A stretch of DNA of 13,322 nucleotides from a virus (Duplodnaviria; Heunggongvirae; Uroviricota; Caudoviricetes): the IMG/VR virus record IMGVR_UViG_2740892369_000029; one strand, given 5' to 3'. Shown here one piece after another: positions 8,689 to 13,322 of the stretch; within the stretch, counting starts at the first letter, position 1, and every line of letters starts with the position of its first letter. The notes below the pieces were generated by a model. It ran no database searches. It was not told the origin of the DNA and saw only the letters and a list, made by a program, of their open reading frames with translations. The translations under genes were made by a program, and so were the position numbers.

Positions 8689-8889
8689 TTACCCATTAGC
8701 GCGGCTTAAGAGCTTATTTTTGAATTCACAATGGTCACGATATAACCATCTTGCTCGACCGTGGATAACTTTGGCTTTAGGCAGGTCGCCGGACTTAATC
8801 CGGTCGTAGATGAAGGTTTTACCAAAGCCAGTATCAGCCATGATGAATTTCAAATCAACCAGTGAATCAGGTTGTAGTTCGTGTTGCAT
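8689..8889 (-). CDS. torI: AlpA/TorI-family prophage excisionase / transcriptional regulator (winged-helix), 66 aa
   Basis: 66-aa protein MQHELQPDSLVDLKFIMADTGFGKTFIYDRIKSGDLPKAKVIHGRARWLYRDHCEFKNKLLSRANG with the AlpA-family signature (TGxxKTxIYxxIxxGxxPK...GRxxxW). GGAG Shine-Dalgarno 9 nt upstream. Length and position (last gene before the argW-type att core, downstream of lambdoid early-left prophage genes) match KplE1/CPS-53 torI. The symbol is assigned from memory and context, not from a search. Confidence 0.7.
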   Translation of the reverse strand: MQHELQPDSLVDLKFIMADTGFGKTFIYDRIKSGDLPKAKVIHGRARWLYRDHCEFKNKLLSRANG

Positions 8890-8933
8890 GAGTGCTATCT
8901 CCGAATAGGGAATCGAACCTGCAAATCAGGCAA

Positions 8934-8958
8934 TAAAAAACCGCCATCAGGCGGCTTG
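8934..8958 (-). terminator. Rho-independent terminator between the upstream prophage operon and the excisionase gene
   Basis: Plus strand AAAAAAACCGCCATCAGGCGG: GC-rich hairpin (CCGCC / GGCGG, 4-nt loop) with a T-run immediately downstream on the minus strand. It overlaps the stop codon of the small ORF ending at 8947. Confidence 0.5.
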
Positions 8959-9114
8959 GTGTTCTTTCAGTTCTTCAATTCGAATATTGGTTACGTCTGC
9001 ATGTGCTATCTGCGCCCATATCATCCAGTGGTCATAGCAGTCGTTGATGTCCTCTGCTTCGATAACTCTGTTGAATGGTTCTCCATTCAATTCACCTGTG
9101 ACTCGGAAGTGCAT
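8947..9114 (-). CDS. Small hypothetical prophage protein (about 55 aa from the internal ATG)
   Basis: ORF track 8947-9129 begins at a TTG. The ATG at 9112-9114 (MHFRVTGELNG...) is preceded by GGGGA about 9 nt upstream. Followed directly by the terminator hairpin. No recognisable domain. Confidence 0.4.
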   Translation of the reverse strand: MHFRVTGELNGEPFNRVIEAEDINDCYDHWMIWAQIAHADVTNIRIEELKEHQAA

Positions 9115-9149
9115 TTGTGATTTCCCCAAAAGATGCTTGAGTGCGCTTC

Positions 9150-9449
9150 TTATTCGATTCGCACACCTGGTATTTCGCCTTTTGAAATGGCTAAGTCATA
9201 AATTTGCGCAGCACTATACCCATCTCGCATCCATGAATCTAAGGCGCGAATAGCCTCGCTACGCTTTTTATCTTCTCTTTCATTTTTGATATCAACGAGG
9301 ACATCAACGCAATTAAGGCATATGTGGATTTTGTCCTTACATTCGATCATGGCAGCTTTACCATGATTTCCGCCACACAGTGAGCATAAATCTTCAGGGT
9401 CTGGCTGGTATTTCTGTAACGTTAAAGGGTTGAATGTTGAACAGGCCAT
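9150..9449 (-). CDS. Cys-rich putative zinc-finger prophage protein (two CxxC pairs), about 99 aa
   Basis: ORF 9150-9461. Three in-frame ATGs at the 5' end; the third (MACSTFNPL...) is preceded by GGAG at appropriate spacing. Motifs CSLC and CLNC. Size and position resemble the small yfdT-like genes of CPS-53-type prophages, but that is unverified. Confidence 0.55.
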   Translation of the reverse strand: MACSTFNPLTLQKYQPDPEDLCSLCGGNHGKAAMIECKDKIHICLNCVDVLVDIKNEREDKKRSEAIRALDSWMRDGYSAAQIYDLAISKGEIPGVRIE

Positions 9450-9606
9450 AATCATCTCCATAAAACAAAACTCGCCGTAGCGAGTTCAGATAAAAGAAAT
9501 CCCCGTCAGTGCGAGGATTGTTATTGTCTTTTCTTCGTGCATTTGTCGCACTTTCGGCACCATCCAGATAGGCACATCCGTCCGCAATTAACACATATAG
9601 GCCACA

Positions 9607-9885
9607 TCATTTTTCCTCTTTTGGTTTATGAATCTGAATGGTCATGCCGCTTTGAGTGGTGACTACAATGACATAACCAGGCTGAAGACTGTTAAGATTG
9701 AATGCTTCGTAAAACGAATCCAAGGCCAGCGCTTTTTTATTCTTTCGGTTCCACCAACGCCATCCCTTGCTACAGGCTACACTGACAATCCACTGCCCAC
9801 TCCTGTAAGCCATATAAAACCAGATGAGCAAAACCTGAAGGAATGCTATCCAGTCAATAATCGTATATTTCGCGAAGGAGTCCAT
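9607..9885 (-). CDS. Small single-pass membrane prophage protein, about 92 aa
   Basis: Hydrophobic helix IDWIAFLQVLLIWFYMAY near the N-terminus. ATG at 9883-9885 preceded by a strong AGGAGG Shine-Dalgarno with 7-nt spacing. Its start overlaps the stop of the upstream DUF551 gene (TGATG). Confidence 0.55.
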   Translation of the reverse strand: MDSFAKYTIIDWIAFLQVLLIWFYMAYRSGQWIVSVACSKGWRWWNRKNKKALALDSFYEAFNLNSLQPGYVIVVTTQSGMTIQIHKPKEEK

Positions 9886-10472
9886 CACTTCACCTCCTGC
9901 TGCGGTGCTGCTGGCATTTCACGCCAGTGCGTAACTGAGTGCGGATCCGGATATTCGGTGCCATCATCCCAGCGATTGCCATTCCACATTGCAGACCACA
10001 TCTCACCGTCTTCATACATGACCATTACCGGAATTAACTTATCCGGCATTCGCTCACTACAGCATATCCAACCATCCGGAGTTACCGGAGAGTTGCCCGA
10101 TAGCGCATTACGCAATCGCTCCAGCTTCACGTATTCCTGAACCCTGTTTCCGTCGCATGCCTGAAGCCATTGCGCAGCCTTTTGCGCATCAGTGTGAAAG
10201 GCACAAGTGCGACCGTCATCAAATTGCATTTCGTAGAGGTCAGCAACTTGTTCAAACTGCGTATGTTGTGACTTGTAAGTTTGGCTTACAGGTTCGGCAC
10301 CATGAAGCATGGCGGCGCGGAGTTTCTGTATCTCCCGTGCCATTATTGCGGCCTGACGAGGAGTGAACATATCACCTGCAATAATTCTGTTTAGTTCCTC
10401 GTCAGTGAACTCATAATCATCAGGAACATTGTGAACCTCAGCATAAAGAGGCTTTTTTGTAGAAATGGTCAT
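9885..10472 (-). CDS. DUF551-domain prophage protein, 195 aa
   Basis: C-terminal region (...DGWICCSERMPDK...WNGNRWDDGTEYPDPHSVTHWREMPAAP) matches the DUF551 signature ending in THW-x-x-P, common in enterobacterial prophages. ATG start overlaps the stop of the upstream gene (ATGA). Confidence 0.7.
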   Translation of the reverse strand: MTISTKKPLYAEVHNVPDDYEFTDEELNRIIAGDMFTPRQAAIMAREIQKLRAAMLHGAEPVSQTYKSQHTQFEQVADLYEMQFDDGRTCAFHTDAQKAAQWLQACDGNRVQEYVKLERLRNALSGNSPVTPDGWICCSERMPDKLIPVMVMYEDGEMWSAMWNGNRWDDGTEYPDPHSVTHWREMPAAPQQEVK

Positions 10473-11086
10473 CGTAAAACATCCTCCGCACTTACCAGTC
10501 CGTTTCGCAAAAGATAATCCATCGCCCTATCAGGTAATTTGCAATCAGGTTTTGCTTTTTTCAGTTGGCTGACCAATTGTTTAACCAGCATTGTTAATTC
10601 GATCACCTGGTAGCGCGGCAATGGTGAATTATCGGATTTGCCCTGACTGTCATCACTGCATGAATGCCCTTCCAGCCAGGCCAATGCTTGTCGCATGAAA
10701 TACGCAATATGTTTGCCGTGGTAATCGTCTTCATCGATGTGAAAAGCGATACTGCGGATGTATTCTATTGCATTTTCAATGGCCTCCAACGCTATCGGCG
10801 CTGGCGGTGCGGTATAAAACTTCGTCCCCAGCGGCAACAACTTCATCGCTTTTTCTCCCTTAATGATGCGATAAGTTGATTTCCCGCCAAGGTCTACCGT
10901 TCCATCCATAACAAGGCCGAGTCGCTTCTCTGAAACCTCACCAATAGGCTCTGCTTCCAGCGATGCCAGAGCAATTCGTGCCAGTTCTTCCGCTTCTTCT
11001 GCTGGCAGTACAACGTTGCTACCAGGTCCGTATGTTTCGCGCCACTGCTTGATTGTCAGTAGTCGCTCTTTGGTAATAGTGGTCAT
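10469..11086 (-). CDS. Hypothetical prophage protein, 205 aa
   Basis: Uninterrupted ORF with ATG start preceded by AAGAGGA at 6-nt spacing. It sits in the co-directional, tightly packed prophage gene block. No motif recognised. Confidence 0.65.
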   Translation of the reverse strand: MTTITKERLLTIKQWRETYGPGSNVVLPAEEAEELARIALASLEAEPIGEVSEKRLGLVMDGTVDLGGKSTYRIIKGEKAMKLLPLGTKFYTAPPAPIALEAIENAIEYIRSIAFHIDEDDYHGKHIAYFMRQALAWLEGHSCSDDSQGKSDNSPLPRYQVIELTMLVKQLVSQLKKAKPDCKLPDRAMDYLLRNGLVSAEDVLR

Positions 11087-11089
11087 GGG

Positions 11090-11278
11090 TTATCCTCTTA
11101 GCGCCACAACGCGCACTTCTGGGTCAAAAGATGGTGCATTCTCATCTGTAACATCAGCAACATGACCTACAAAGTCGTTATACTCACCCTCTGATTGGTC
11201 ATAGCCCTGCCAGACCACGACAGCCTCAGGAGGCATTTTTCTGAGCTTGCTGATTAACTGCCTAACCGTCAGCGACAT
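11090..11278 (-). CDS. Small hypothetical prophage protein, about 62 aa
   Basis: ORF track gives 11090-11401, but the upstream part overlaps the 3' end of the Ea22-like gene. The internal ATG at 11276-11278 (MSLTVRQLISKLRKMPPEAVVVWQGYDQSEGEY...) has an AGGAG Shine-Dalgarno at 6-nt spacing and starts 1 nt after the upstream stop. Confidence 0.5.
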   Translation of the reverse strand: MSLTVRQLISKLRKMPPEAVVVWQGYDQSEGEYNDFVGHVADVTDENAPSFDPEVRVVALRG

Positions 11279-11279
11279 C

Positions 11280-11948
11280 TCACTCTCCTTTGATGCGAAT
11301 GCCAGTAGCGCGGATAGATTTCCATTGTTTCCACATTCGGTTGAAGTCTGTGCCTGATAAGGTTGCGTTACGGTATCCAGTTTCGGTACGCAATCCTTCA
11401 AGCGTCGATTTGGAGATACAAATTGAATGCATTACCCATGATTCAAACAAATCACGCTCCCGGGCTTCGCAACTTTGCTTACTCATCTCTTCGATACGTT
11501 CAGCCATCGCAGCACACTCTTCAAAGTTGCTTAATGCTTTTCGCTCCCATTCGGCGCATTGTTTTCCAAGCTCTGCAATCAGCTTGTCTTTGCCTTCCAG
11601 CTCAACACGCAGTTTCCCTACCGTTAGCGCAATATCCTCGTTCTCCTGATCGCGGCGTTTGATGTATTGCTGGTTTCTTTCCAGTTCATCCAGTAATGCC
11701 AGCACAGTAGCCGGATTGGCTGCGGCGATGAATTCAGCATTGGCCTGCTGTTCCATTTGGAAATCTTCATCGAAACCGCTTTCTGGATGTGCTCCTTCAA
11801 TTCTGCAAATGGGAAGATATCCAACAACTTCACGATGAATTAACGCATCATCACAATCAAATCGGCTCTCTCCATATTCGAGCGACCATACACCACACGT
11901 TGCTTTTTCTGCCTTGGCACGCAGTGCCTGATAGTCAATCAGGCTCAC
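11280..11948 (-). CDS. ead/Ea22-like family prophage protein, about 222 aa
   Basis: Contains LLDELERNQQYIKRRDQENEDIALTVGKLRVELEGKDKLIAELGKQ, the coiled-coil segment I associate with lambda Ea22-like proteins. Proposed start is the GTG at 11946-11948 (VSLIDYQALR...), preceded by a perfect AAGGAGG 5-11 nt upstream and overlapping the upstream stop (GTGA). The ORF-track ATG at 11981 has no such support. Confidence 0.7.
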   Translation of the reverse strand: MSLIDYQALRAKAEKATCGVWSLEYGESRFDCDDALIHREVVGYLPICRIEGAHPESGFDEDFQMEQQANAEFIAAANPATVLALLDELERNQQYIKRRDQENEDIALTVGKLRVELEGKDKLIAELGKQCAEWERKALSNFEECAAMAERIEEMSKQSCEARERDLFESWVMHSICISKSTLEGLRTETGYRNATLSGTDFNRMWKQWKSIRATGIRIKGE

Positions 11949-12532
11949 TGGTTGCCTCCTTTGCGAATCTGTTCCGCCCATTCTTCAAGGGATTTCTCCG
12001 CATATTCACCAGACAGGCCATCAATCGGATGCGGTTCATTAGCCAACTCTTCTTTCGCTGACAGAATCATGCGCGTAACATCGAAAACTTCACGTAAAGA
12101 CTTATTGATAAATCCGTGGTTGAAAGCAGCAGCAAGACGGCTTGCGGCATAGTTAATACCCTCGTTGCGTGCTTCCGCACGTACTTCAGCCAGGAAAGCA
12201 TCGGTGGCTGGGGTTTTGATTTCGTTAAGCGCATCACTGAATAAACCACGCTCCATACCTAGCTCTGCTTCGTAATCGGCATCGAATGCAGCGTCTTTGC
12301 AGAACTTCTTCATCCCCGCACTCTCCGCTGCCAGCGCCGCGCACTTGGCCTCAAGGTTATCAATCGTGATTCCAGCAGAACGACACTCCCGCAACGCCGT
12401 TTCCAGTTTTGATTCAAGTTCACCGAACTTACGGACAAGATATTCAGCGTTTGTTTCGTTAACCTTTAGATCTCGTGGGATGCATTTACCTTTCAGAAAA
12501 CCATCCATCTCAATTAGTGACATTTGTTTCAT
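11945..12532 (-). CDS. Hypothetical prophage protein, about 195 aa
   Basis: ORF track 11945-12550 begins at a GTG. The ATG at 12530-12532 (MKQMSLIEMDGF...) is preceded by GGAG at 9-nt spacing. No recognisable domain. Confidence 0.6.
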   Translation of the reverse strand: MKQMSLIEMDGFLKGKCIPRDLKVNETNAEYLVRKFGELESKLETALRECRSAGITIDNLEAKCAALAAESAGMKKFCKDAAFDADYEAELGMERGLFSDALNEIKTPATDAFLAEVRAEARNEGINYAASRLAAAFNHGFINKSLREVFDVTRMILSAKEELANEPHPIDGLSGEYAEKSLEEWAEQIRKGGNQ

Positions 12533-12703
12533 TTTTTCCCACTCCGCCACATAGCATTCAGATATTTGTTGTCATTAACAGAACCGAAACTCTTTCTCTT
12601 AAGCAATTACTCTCTCGATGGCATTGGCTTTACGCGTTGGCGAATAATCATTTCTGCCGGAAGAATGCCGGGATTGTATGCAAGTCCTCTCATGGTAAAT
12701 TCC

Positions 12704-12997
12704 TCAGTCATTACTGATAGCGCCATAGCGTGAGCGGTAATTACGCAGGCGCGGGTCAATTTCAGGGAAGTGGGTATATGTGGCTTTGCGGAATGGTCGG
12801 ATTGATGTCTGGTAAATTCGCTCGCGTTCTTCTTTCTCTGCAAGCCATATACAATGGCGAAATTCCTTTTCCTCTTTCGTTTCCTGCGGTAGCGACATTA
12901 TCCGATCGTAGTTTTTTCTGAATTTATCCAGCACCTCCGATACGGAATTGCCGGAACAGCGGCGTGGGTCATCCGCACCATACAGAGGCGCTGGCAT
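12704..12997 (-). CDS. Hypothetical prophage protein, 97 aa
   Basis: ATG at 12995-12997 preceded by AAGGA at 8-nt spacing, only about 23 nt downstream of the stop of the SSB-tail ORF. Charged protein, no domain recognised. Confidence 0.55.
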   Translation of the reverse strand: MPAPLYGADDPRRCSGNSVSEVLDKFRKNYDRIMSLPQETKEEKEFRHCIWLAEKEERERIYQTSIRPFRKATYTHFPEIDPRLRNYRSRYGAISND

Positions 12998-13020
12998 AAT
13001 TAAATCCTTATTTTTCTAAA

Positions 13021-13275
13021 TCAGAATGGGATGGAATCGTCGTATACAGGAGTGTTCTGCTGGTTACTACTTTGCTGCTGCGGGCCATTTCCTGAAGCTG
13101 CAAATCCAATCTTTGCATTCAGTAATTCAAGAGTGATTGATTGACCATTTTGCCCCTGATAAACATCAACCCTGATGTTTTCTCCGGTAATTTCCACAAT
13201 GCCACCTTCAACAAGAACACTACGGTAGTAATCCGCTTGCGCTCCCGGCTTGGCAAATACTGAGGTAGCCTGAGT
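13021..13275 (-). pseudogene. 3' portion of an SSB-like gene (OB-fold-like segment and acidic C-terminal tail ...YDDSIPF), apparently disrupted upstream
   Basis: The frame ending at the TGA at 13021-13023 encodes ...FAKPGAQADYYRSVLVEGGIVEITGENIRVDVYQGQNGQSITLELL...GNGPQQQSSNQQNTPVYDDSIPF. The tail resembles the SSB C-terminal DDDIPF motif. This frame contains no ATG and has in-frame stops at 13276-13278 and further upstream; the N-terminal part would lie in another frame or beyond the window edge. Confidence 0.35.
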
Positions 13276-13322
13276 TTAACGGACACTCCTTCCTGAAATA
13301 GAATGGCATCAGAAGGAGCTAA

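Noticed and set aside
8590-8930. Possible intact tRNA gene near the integrase (the expected tRNA-Arg)
   Set aside because: Only two non-contiguous fragments of tRNA sequence are present (15 nt and about 16 nt). Flanking bases do not form acceptor, D or anticodon arms, so no complete tRNA can be folded.
9394-9594. 66-aa minus-strand ORF overlapping the 5' end of the zinc-finger gene and the upstream intergenic hairpin
   Set aside because: It overlaps a better-supported gene in another frame and spans a hairpin plus T-run (about 9469-9492) that looks regulatory and not coding.
12607-12843. 78-aa minus-strand ORF overlapping the 3' end of the 97-aa gene; possibly a 34-39-aa coupled small protein from an internal ATG
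   Set aside because: I could not establish a consistent start or ribosome-binding site by eye and the overlap is in a different frame; left unannotated, though a small coupled gene remains possible.
8881-12921. Many plus-strand ORFs of 60-170 aa across the prophage block (for example 9628-10140, 11290-11649, 12297-12554)
   Set aside because: All overlap, antisense, the tightly coupled minus-strand prophage genes that have good starts and Shine-Dalgarno sequences; no motifs. Regarded as shadow ORFs.
1-13322. CRISPR array, rRNA or large tandem repeats
   Set aside because: No regularly spaced direct repeats of CRISPR size and no rRNA-like conserved segments were seen; the only repeats are short AT-rich ones in 5848-7234 and the IS inverted repeats.

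Overview
Enterobacterial (E. coli-like) accessory region containing three blocks. (1) 481-4501, plus strand: two genes of unknown function, a 338-aa membrane-anchored protein and a 786-aa protein that fuses an N-terminal PD-(D/E)xK (HsdR-N-like) nuclease fold to a P-loop NTPase and a ~450-aa uncharacterised C-terminal region. This is the most likely candidate for an undescribed defence-type system. (2) 4615-8425: a degenerate IS3-family element with a frameshifted orfB, a 1.4-kb very AT-rich stretch with no ORF of 60 aa or more, and an IntS/P4-type tyrosine integrase gene on the minus strand interrupted by an in-frame TAA. (3) 8689-13322: the right end of a KplE1/CPS-53-like lambdoid prophage, all genes on the minus strand and translationally coupled, ending in a TorI/AlpA-type excisionase. 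Between the excisionase and the integrase lies a 15-nt copy of a tRNA-Arg (argW-like) 3' end, suggesting an att junction and tandem integration of two elements. No rRNA, intact tRNA or CRISPR array was found. All calls are from reading the sequence and remembered family signatures; no database search was run.
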